NCBI RefSeq assembly: GCF_009914755.1 | Contig: NC_060934.1 | Direction: 5' to 3' (one strand) | DNA length: 64,000 nt | DNA from: the human T2T-CHM13v2.0 reference genome, Homo sapiens | Shown: positions 54,201-64,000 of the stretch, one piece after another | Layout of the letters: every line of letters starts with the position of its first letter | Position numbering within the stretch: position 1 is the first letter of the stretch | The notes under the pieces: generated by a model | Seen by the model: only the letters and a program-made list of their open reading frames with translations | Database searches by the model: none | Told to the model about the DNA's origin: nothing | Made by a program: the position numbers and the translations under genes

Positions 54201-54781
54201 TCTCTGCTCCGGATCCTGGTGACCCCCAAGGGTCGTGCTGCCTTCAGAGTCTCCAGCGGGTTCAACGGGCTGCTGTCTCTGCTCTCTGACCTGGAAGGCT
54301 CCCTCCAGGAGCCCCCGCTGCAGGCATGGGGAGCAGTATCCCCCAGACAGACCCTGGAGCTGGTTTTGTACACTCTCTGTGCTGTGTCCGCAGCGCTGCA
54401 CTGGGACCCTGTCAATGGCTACTTCTTCAGGAGGAATGGGCTCTTTGAGAAGCTGGCCGAGGACCTCTGCCTGCTGGGCTGTTTTGGAGCCCTGGAGGAA
54501 GAGGGCAACCTGCTGCGCTCTTGGGTGGACACAAAGGCCAGGCCATTTGCAGATTTGCTGGGCACTGCCTTTTCCTCCAGCGGCTCACTCCCACCCCGGA
54601 TACAGAGCTGCCTCCAGATCCTTGGCTTTCTGGACAGCATGGCCAGCGGCACCCTCCACTTGCGTGGGGACCTGAAGGAGTCCCTGAGGACCAAGCAGGG
54701 GCCGGTTGTGGATGTTCAGAAGGGAGAAACTGGCAGTGACCCCCAACGCAACTTCAAGCAGTGGCCAGACCTGGAGGAGAG
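54201..54781 (+). CDS. WDFY4: WDFY4 exon 12 (SLLRILVTPKGRAAF...QWPDLEE-R)
   Basis: tttcag|TCT...GAGAG|gtagct; 581 nt, phase 0 to 2; cumulative CDS 2459 nt. Confidence 0.9.
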
Positions 54782-55689
54782 GTAGCTTCTTCTGCCAGTG
54801 TGTCATCAGTGCATCTCTGTCTCCCATTCTCACTCTAACGTCTTGCGCATGTGTACTCAGTAGGAAGGCTCAGCTACAGAATGGGTGTGCAGAAATGTCA
54901 TGTGACCTCAACTTCCTCAAATCAAGTTAGCTCTGACTCCACACTCTTCTACCTTGGGAGCTGATGGAAAATTCAATCTGAGTCAGTACTGGGTTGGAGG
55001 ATGCTGTCGAGTCACATAAGAACCAGGGAGGGCAGGACCCTGCTGCTACACTCACCTTCTCCTTTGGGATCTTTACTGTCCTAGGGAGCCCTGGTGCCTG
55101 GGCCTGGCATCCCTGGGTGTGCCAGGCAGCCTCGGTCTTCTCAGGTTTTATCTCCTCCCCAGGATGCTGCCAGGGGTGGGGTGAGATCCTTTGATCTGCA
55201 GGACACAAACCACAGTGTCCACCCCAATTATGGAACTCTTTCTGTTCTTTCTTGCTGCTTCTACACCCCCTAACAAAGACAATTGCTCTCCTTACTTCCG
55301 CAGGCCAAACACCTCAATGAGTTCAGACTTTAGTAAACAACTTTTTCCTCTCATGTCTGTAACAAAGAATTCCACTAAAGCAAGAGAGCACAAAGAACCA
55401 TCCCTACCCCAACCCACTTGGGGTGGGAGGGAAAATGAAAGAACACAACAGTAACAGTTGGTGTCTTTTTCCATTCCTCTAAAGCATAAATGACAGAACA
55501 CCCATTAATACTGCAGTAAGTTATCCTTCTGAAAGACACTGCATTTTTATCCAGAGTGCCCCGTTTGCCAGACTTCAGTGTTGGGGATGGTAGAGAGAAG
55601 GATGCATGTTAAATCTCCACACATTGAGATAATTATGATTTTTGGGGGTTAATCTGGCAAATTAATTGGTTTCCTAATCTTGCATTCCT

Positions 55690-58600
55690 GCGCAAACCAA
55701 CTCATTCATAATCTGTGTATTGCTGAATTTGATGTACTAATGTTTAAAAAGGATTTTTGCACTGATATTCAGGAGGTTGGCCTTTCATACTCCTTTCCTG
55801 GCTATTTTTCTTGTCAGATTTATGCTAGCATCATAGCATGAGTTGGACAGTGCTTCTCTTCTATGCTACTGAAGAGTTTATGTAGATTGTTTATTTCCGT
55901 TCCCTAGCTAATGTGACAGAACTTGCCTCTAAATGCTTGTGAACCCGATGTTTTCTTGTGAGAAAATTTATTCTCATGAGAATGCACTTCTGTTTGTTCT
56001 TGAATTATTCTTGGTTTGTTATTTTGCAAGCTGATTTTCCCATTTCATCGAAGTTTCCATTTGTGGGCATCCGACTGCTCACGATGGCTCCCTCACGCTC
56101 TTCTGAGCAGAACTTGTGAGTTCTGTGACTCATTTCTAACCTGTTTACCTGTGTCTTCCTTGCTTTTTCTGCTTCAGCACTATTCACAATTGTTTACTTT
56201 TCAGTGTGCCCTATGAACCAACTTTGACTTTTCCTGTTTCTCCTACTGTTTTTGGTTATCATTTCCTTCTACCTTTGGGCTTATTCTGGTGTTCTTTTTC
56301 TTAACTTGGATGTCTGTTTCCATCTTCTTTTTACATGTAAATTTCTCTGTAATTTGTAAGTTTTATTTTCAGTATCATTTAGTATGAAATATTTTTCTAA
56401 TTTCCCTTATAAATTATAGTTGACTCTTATGTGTTTGAATTTTGAATTTCCATTGTTACAGTGTTTCTAGTCATCTTTGCTATTTACTTCTCACTCTATC
56501 AAGGTGAGAGAAGGTGGATCGTCTGGGTTCTTATCCTTTGAAATTGGTTGAGGTTGACTTCATGGCCCTCAATGTAGTCCCTTCTCATAAATATTCCACA
56601 TGTGCTTGGAAATAATGCATGTTCTCAGAGTGTTAGGTTCGATGTTCTATTTATGTCCCTTGGATCGAATTTGTCAATTGTTTCATTCAAATATCCTTTA
56701 TCATTAATTTTTAAAGTCGGCTTGAAATATCAGCTTTTTGTTTTTTATTTTTGGAATAAACAGGCCTTATTGGGCTCATGGGTCTTGAGGGCCTCTGTGT
56801 ATTTGTCAGTTTTCTTCTCCACGTTCTTTTTGGCCTGTTTCTGCAGCCTTATGAGCTATTTCTTCTTCTGGTAGTGGGTCTCGGCCTTCTCCTTCCTCTT
56901 CTCCTCCAGGGTGGCTGTCACTGCCTGGTACTTCCAGCCAGCCTCTTGAGCCAGGCGCCCCACGTAGGCAAACTCTCTTGTGGGCTTCAGATGCACAGCC
57001 TTGCGGGCAGCAGAAACACCCATCTAGTTTTCCTGCTGTAGGGCGGTGGGATTCCATCGAACACCTCGGCGTCCAAGGCAGCCTGGCCTCGCTGGGCCTT
57101 GCGGACCGCGGGCCCTGCACTGTCGGCTGGAAGACGCTGCTGGGGGCCAGGAAATAACAGGGGCCTCATCAGGGTTGGTGCTCATCCGCCTGCGGAAGAA
57201 GGCCGGGTACTTCAGCTTATTTCTGTAGAAATTGTCAGAAACGTTGACACTCTCGCAGCGCACCACCACCTTCCGGCCCAGCAGTACCTGCTTCACCACA
57301 ACGGCCGCCAGGTGGCCCAGGAGGTAGCCTCGGTCTCCAGCACTGGGACCTGCCCCTCCGCTACCTGCGGCAGCGGCCTGGGAAATGGTGTATCAGTTAT
57401 TGAGAACGATGCATTCAAAATCTCTCATGATAAAGTGGATGTGTCAATTTCTGATGAATTTTCCCTTACATATATTTGAGGTTGTAAGAATCATACATAT
57501 TTAGAATTTTTATATTCTTATGGAGTCTAAATTTTTATCATTATATGGTGAACTTTTTATCCCTAGTTGTACATTTTGCCTTAATAATAATAGGACTATA
57601 TCAGGTTTCTTTTGGTTAGTTCGTGCCTGGGATTTTTCTTCATCCTTTGGTTTTAACCTTTCTGTGTACTGTCCTTACATTTTTAGGTGTTTTTCTTGTA
57701 AACAATAAGGAACCACTTTTGTTGGTTTTACTTTGTTTTTCAATCTAGTGTGGTATTATTTCTCATTTAACTGGAGAAAGTCATTTGTTTACGCTTTCAT
57801 AATTATTAATATATTTGGAATGATTTCTACTTAGCTTTTTACATTTGTTCCACTTTAAAAAAAAACATTTTTGGTCTTATTTTTGAATTGATTTTAAAAA
57901 ATTGTGTTTCCTACCTACTAGTATGAAATTTAAACTCTCTATGATTAATTTTATAGTAGTTGCCCTAGAGTGAATTAACAGGCATACTCATGTTTTTAGT
58001 TAAACAGTATCTTTATCCTTCCAATTAAGACACCAAGACCTTAAAACTCAAATATTTTTGCCCTTTTCTAACTCATACATTACTATTAGCTAATATTTTA
58101 AACTTATCTCCTGTTAGTAAATCCATCAGATATGACAGTTATTGTTGTTGTTTTATAAAATATTCTTTGGATTTACCTACATGCTTTCAATGTCTGTGCT
58201 CACCATTCTTTTTTGCATCTCTATCCTTCCATCTGGGATTATTTTTTATCTACTCTAGTACATCTGTTAAACTTTCCTGTAGTGTGGGTCTATTTGTGGT
58301 AAACTCTCTTGGATTTTATTTGTCTGAAAACTGTCTTTATTTTCTCCCTAATTGCAGAAATATAGTTTTGCTGGGTAAACATTTATTGGTTGACAGTTAT
58401 TTTCTCACAGTAAATGGAAGGTCTCCCCAGCTATTGCCTTCCATTGTTGCCTTTTAAAATCGTTTTTATTTCTCTTCCTTTGAAGGTAATTTGTCATTTT
58501 TCTCTGGTCGCTTTTAAGATCTTCACCATTCTTGTTCTATTGCTTTACTGTCATATATCTCAATGTACATTATTTTAAACATTTATTTTGCTTCATATTC

Positions 58601-59100
58601 ATTGGGATTCCTGAATCCCAACTGATGTCTTTTATAAAATATGGATTTTTAAATTATGACCTCTTCTCCATCCCTTTTCCTATTATGCCTTTTTGGAACT
58701 AACACAATTAGATGTATGTTTTACTTTTTCATTCTATCCTCCCTTAATCTTTCTTTTACATTTTTCATCTCTTTGTCTCTCTGTACTCTGTTCCACACAG
58801 TTTCTTTTGGTCTTTCTTAAACCCACTGAATCTCCTACTAGCTGTGTCTAATCTGATATATAATCTAGCCATTTAGGTTTTCTTTTTAAAATTTCAATGA
58901 CAGTATTTTATATGTCTAGATATACTGTTTCTTTTTCAAATAAACTTGATTTGATAGCCCTTTTCCTTTCTCATATCTTTCATTTTTATTTCTTCAAACA
59001 CAAGAATCATAATTATTTCTTCTTGTGTTTTTTGAGAGTATATTGTTTCTGTGACAATCATGGAAGGTCCCTTGTATGATGTCTGATTTTTTATTGTGAA
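55690..59100 (-). mobile_element. Degraded L1M, interrupted by the RPL13A retrocopy
   Basis: AT/T-rich antisense L1 motifs (gtgcttggaaataatgcatgttct, tatcagttattgagaa, tttgtctgaaaactgtctttattt). Confidence 0.6.
56735..57385 (-). pseudogene. RPL13AP19: Processed (intronless) RPL13A pseudogene, antisense in WDFY4 intron 12. The pseudogene number is from memory.
   Basis: The minus strand translates to [38 protein letters not shown] and [19 protein letters not shown]. It has a pyrimidine-rich 5' end (TTTCCC), ATG mutated to GTA (57362-64), frameshifts, a nonsense TAG (56856-58) and a poly(A) remnant at 56735-56752. Confidence 0.92.
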
Positions 59101-59977
59101 TCTTGCTCCAAGATTTTCCTTTTCTTGGATTCCATAGAAACCATCCTCATTCAGGCCATTCTGCCCTTCTGTAGGTATGGGAATGCCTCCATGGGGTCTT
59201 AGCTGCCCTTTCCAAGCCAGGCCTTGGCCAGATTCCCAGGTCCTGATTTTCTTGCTTGTCTTGGGAAGAATTCCCTCTCTGGGTTCCCTGTTCTCTATAT
59301 TTCAGGGGCAATCCCTGAGGAGGCCTTTTGCCTGGGCACCCTGATAACATACAGGTTAACTTAGGATCTTGGTGTGGAAACTTGTTTGACTTATTCTGCC
59401 AGCTCTCAGGGGCAGGGGAGTATTTGTCAGTATGAAAAGACATTTAGTAAGTGATATCAGGTGAAGAAAAGCAATAGTAATTAGTTGAATGTCTATGGAG
59501 GCTGAGCACTAAACATCTATTTATTTTTATTTCCCTCCAAAATTTTGGAATTTTATCAATAAGGAAACAAAGGCTGAGAAAGGATAAAAAACATGGCCAA
59601 AGGTCACACATTTAGTAAATAATAAAGCTAGAATTTGAACCCAGGGCTACCTCCAAAGCCTGCATGCATTTGTCTGTGCGTGCGTGTATGTGCACACATG
59701 TGTGTGTGTTCTTCCTGTTTTTTTCCTGATACTCCCACAATAATAGTGATAGTTTTCCAAATGTCTGACACGACAGCCTGCAGTTTGAAGATTGGGTTCT
59801 AACCAATGGACTGCGTCAGTCCTGATGTTTTAGAGGTGAGTCCTGTGTCAAATGTCATCCTGGTTTTGTAATGAGTAATTTTTACATTTATAAGACCCAT
59901 GTTTCATAAATAGAGCATTTTTTTTTCTCCCTAAAAGAGATACATGGCCCTTGACCTTCCTTGATGGTTAGAGAATA

Positions 59978-59989
59978 GGAAGTGAAACT
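59978..59989 (+). promoter_or_regulatory. Perfect ETS-IRF composite element (PU.1:IRF8/IRF4 EICE)
   Basis: GGAAGTGAAACT; motif match only, function untested. Confidence 0.45.
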
Positions 59990-60499
59990 CTACCCCCTCC
60001 AGGGAGTCTGCAGAGTAAAGGGCATGGCAGTGGGCTGGGAATGGGAGACAGGGTGCTCGTCTCTGCCGTACCACACTTGTATGTCCTTGGGCAAGTGGCT
60101 TCCCTCAGCCCTGCCTTCTGCAAAGTAGGTCCCAAGTCTCCAGGGAGGAGGGAAAGAGGCCGTGGGCCTTGGAGTCAGGCCTGCTTGTTCTATGCCTTGG
60201 TGGCTGTGTTCTTTGGTCCTGCTACTTTATTTCTCTAATCTTCCATCTCCTGATTTGAAGGCAGACATAATAATAGTATCTACATTGAGGGAAGATGGTA
60301 GTTAGAGTGATCACAGCTGCTTCCTAAGCATGTGTGCGCCAGACACCATGCTCAGCTTTTTACAATGGACTATTCTTCAATTCATTTAGTCTTTATGGTA
60401 ACTATAATTTAAGGAATATTTTTCATAACACAGAGGTGACATGTTATGTAATTCCAAAAATATATCTATGGTGTCCAAAATACATCATATATCTCTATG

Positions 60500-60800
60500 A
60501 AACATGCACCATACCAAATAAACACCCCTACACCAAACACACTATATACACATCACATGCACATATACATACACCACATGTACACAAAACACACACACAC
60601 CACACTAAACATACACCTTACACATACTGGCATACCACACACCCACACACTGCACTTACACACCACACAGCACCTAGCACATACACATGAATACACACCA
60701 CACATACCACCTACATATGCTACATACAGACACCACACGACACACACAAATACCACACATACACACATACTACATATCCACACTACATACACACACCATA
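60500..60800. repeat. Degenerate (CA)-rich low-complexity tract
   Basis: Seen directly. Confidence 0.9.
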
Positions 60801-63394
60801 GAATGGAGTGCTTACCCCTCAGCAGCACATCATCCACAGTGCAGGTCTGGAGGTGAAAGTGGAGCAGAAGCAGGGTCAGACTGTGGTGGGCCTTGCACAA
60901 ACCCTATGGGAGACCATTTCACTTTTACCCTATAGGCAATGTGGAGCTAGGGTGGTCTCTGTGCAGGACTGTGGCATCATGGGGTTATGGGTTATGAGGA
61001 CTGCTCTACAACTGGGTCTGTGTATAGCTCTGAGAAAAGCCCCCTCCAAAGCAAGGCAGCCCTGCTCCTTCTTGCTTCTGCCTTAGCATATGCCTTCTCC
61101 CAGCCCCTGCCAGGCCTCGTGGGCTGACGTTTATTCCTTATGTCAGCCAAAGGAGCAACCCCAGTCACCTTTACCTTGAACTTAAGTTGTGGCTATAACT
61201 TATAGCCCTAAGGGGACATCATTTCAACAGGAATGCGGTGTGCTCCAGGCAATAGTTAAGGTTTCATGGGGCACTCTGCAGGCCAGAGCCCTAAACACTT
61301 ACTCCTCTGGCTCTGCTGCTGGGCATCCTGCAGCTTCATCCTAATCTTTCCTGTTGAAACAATGTCCCCTGTGGGTATGAGTTATATCTGTCACTTAAGT
61401 TTGTTAGAGGTAATTGTTGTGCCAGACCATTGAGGAAGGGTGGGGGACAGTGTAGTTCCTGAACAGTTCACATGAAGGCCACACTGGCCTTTGGAAGGCA
61501 CAGATGTGACCCTGTCGTTCCCACTTGGAAGCCTCCAGTGCTTTCCCATGATTCCCAGGAGGGAGTCAGGCATTGGGAGTGTGGGGCACACAGTTCTGGG
61601 GGTCCTGCCTGCCCATGGCATGCAGCCATGCAGCCATGTTTCAGACTCAGATTTCACATATGCCCTTTACTCTACCTGGGATGCCTTTCCTGTCTTCACT
61701 CTGCCTGGACAGTTGCTTCTTATGCTTTTGTCTAGGTTTAGATGTCACTTCTTCCAAGAAGCCTCCCCTGGCCTGCCCATCCCCATCCCATGGGCCAAAT
61801 CAGATCCCACTGCCTCACATTTCCTCAGCACCCTCAGCACTGATCACAGTGCAAATCAATGATTAATTGTGTAATCTTCCTTGGTTTCTTATTTCTTTGG
61901 TTCGTGTTTGCACACTTGAGCATATCTGAAACCAGGATATGTATTAAAATGGATGCCAAGGACATCAGCCACTTAAGTCGTCTCTTCCCCATCTGCTAAT
62001 AAAGGCACTGTACATCTATCAATTTTTGGTTTCTTACCACTGTTGAAATAAGATGGTGTTCAAATCTCTTTCTTCTGCTTCAGTGGTGAGGCCCATGTGA
62101 GCATGGACTGGGTCTGCAGCTACATCAGGGACCCCTGTGAATGGTCACTGAGTAGAATATGGGCATGAATGAATTGAGAAGATGGACAGGACAGGAGGAA
62201 AGGCAGGGAGGGTTGGCAAGGCAGATAGTCTTGGACTCTCGTGCCTGGTGTCCTGAAGACACCTGATGTGCAGTTGTCCTGCAACTGCTTCAGATATGGC
62301 TGCTCCTGCCTGCTCCTCTTCTGGGCTCCCACCTAGTAGAGACATGAATGGAGCATTATCCTTGTATGGTGGGGACCCTGGCAAGGGCAGGCCCAGAAAT
62401 TGAGAGGACGCAGAGAAGTGCACCTAATGAAGTCTGGGGAGGAGGTCAGCGAGGCGTTCCTGGATGAGGAGACCACTGAGCTAAACATTTAAAGATGAGA
62501 GTTATCTGGTCTGAGATGGGTTGAGGAGGCATAAAGGTGAGACTCAAAATCAACTATCTTGAGTAAGGTTTGTTCCTGCCTTCTGTAGGCATTGCTCGGA
62601 CTTTAAGCTGTAGTAGGGCTTTAAGCTATAGGGATGGATGGGCAGAGATGATGGCTGGAAAGGAGAGGAGCAAAGGAGCTGTCAGTTGCTCCTTCCAGGG
62701 ATGGCAGTAGCTTGAACAGGAGAACATTTTGAGAACTATTTAGGACGTAACTTTGCCTGGCCTTGGTAACCAATTTGATGAGAGTGTGAGAGAGACTGGT
62801 TGGTGCTAGTCCCTGAGAGAGAAGCCCTAGAGTTTTGGAAGAGGATGGTGGCTGTCTGGAGTAATCAGCATGGACTGCACAAATGAGGCCGCTTTGCTTT
62901 TAATTTTCTAATGCATCCCTCAAGTATCCACAGGCCTTAGTAACAGGAGATAGTTATTAATCTTGCCTCCTGAAGTTTGATAGAGTCCACATAGGGGGCA
63001 GTCTGTCTGACTTCCATATCTAAGCAAGACAAGTACCAGGATTGGAGTAGTCATCCTCTCTGTCATGCAGCTGCTGTGGGTGGCAGGATTTTATAGCCAA
63101 GCTCAGGGGCTGTGTGAAATGATGAGGCTTCACTGGTTCACGTCCTGCAAAGGCCCCTAGGCTTCTTCAAATGAGATGCAAAATTTGGCCAAGCACGCCT
63201 CACACCACCACTGGCTCCCAAAGATACAGGCACTTTGGGATTTGTACTTTTGATTACAACTTTCTGTCGTACCCACAGGTCCCTTGCGAGATACAAGCCG
63301 TCTGGGAACACCAGGTCAGGTGGGGGATCAGTGTCTGCCATCCTTGGGATCCAGAACCTTGTCTCCATTCCTGCTCTGTCAATCCCTACCTTAC

Positions 63395-63580
63395 AGCAAT
63401 GCTTCTCATAGTGTGGCCTGTAGACCACCTGCATCAGAATCCATTGTAAAGTTGCACAAAAATATAGTTGTGTAAACTAGATTTCCCGAATCACAAATCC
63501 CTGGGGTTGAAATTTAGGGTTCTGTTTTTAAAAAGGTCCTCTTATTATGTGTAAGCACATTAAAGTTTGAGAACTGCTCC
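63395..63580. mobile_element. MER5-like DNA transposon
   Basis: cagcaatgcttctcatagtgtggcc..accacctgcatcagaatc...aaagtttgagaactgct. Confidence 0.65.
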
Positions 63581-63604
63581 AGGTGCTGGACATCTTTTAC
63601 TTTA

Positions 63605-64000
63605 AAAAAATCTTAGCTTTTTTCACTGAGGTGAGATTTGCAGAACATAAAATTAATAATCTTAAAGCAAACAATTCCATAGAATTTAATGCATTCACAG
63701 TGTTGTGCAAAGACCACCTCTATCTAATTCAAAACACTTTTATCACCCCAAAAGGAAAACCTATACTCATTCTCATTCTTTTCCCCAGTCCCTGGGCTAC
63801 CACCAATCTGCTTTGGGGATTAAACTGTTCAGGATAAATCATGTGTAAATGGAATCATGTAATAGGTTTCCTTTGGCGTTTGACTTCTTTCAGGTAGCTT
63901 AATATTTTTGAGATTCATTTACATTGTAACGTATATCAGTACTTCTTTCCTTTTTACAATAAAATAATATTCCATCATATGGGTACACACCACAGTTTGT
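63605..64000 (-). mobile_element. L1 (L1MB-like) 3' end, running off the window
   Basis: ttcacagtgttgtgcaa..accacctctatctaattc...atcaccccaaaaggaaaac...aataatattccat. Confidence 0.7.

Noticed and set aside
53808-54833. Minus-strand ORFs up to 197 aa
   Set aside because: Largely antisense shadows of coding exon 12.
57024-57299. 91-aa RPL13A-like ORF as a functional retrogene
   Set aside because: The native ATG is lost, the frame shifts after MSTNP, and there is a downstream nonsense codon.
56715-57400. TSD of the RPL13A retrocopy
   Set aside because: Only TATCAG is shared on both flanks and it is offset from the ends; too degenerate to call.

Overview
This is human-type (primate) genomic DNA covering the 5' part of WDFY4, the BEACH/WD40-domain gene on the + strand (chr10q11.23 from memory). 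The window lies entirely inside the gene. There is no promoter CpG island or non-coding first exon; about 21 kb of intron 1 precedes the first coding exon. I traced 11 consecutive coding exons, from ATG at 20969 to the donor after 54781. All have AG/GT ends and mutually consistent phases, giving 2459 nt, or about 820 N-terminal codons. The PH-BEACH-WD40 region lies beyond the window. The introns hold an intact MER52-like solo LTR, several Alus with TSDs, MaLR LTRs, L1/L2/MIR and hAT relics, and an antisense processed RPL13A pseudogene. Nearly all short ORFs in the track are noise. I found no new multi-gene system. The best leads are: (1) an exon-11 read-through with a UGUA-rich poly(A) site in an LTR edge, giving a 654-aa truncated WDFY4; (2) a candidate alternative upstream exon at about 17.1-17.3 kb that splices in frame and adds 47 aa; (3) a ~220-bp local inverted duplication inserted into an L1, predicted to form a long pre-mRNA hairpin; (4) a CpG-retaining, AT-to-GC-biased RPL13A retrocopy; (5) perfect PU.1:IRF8 and CLEAR motifs. 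Repeat family names and boundaries were assigned by eye and are approximate.
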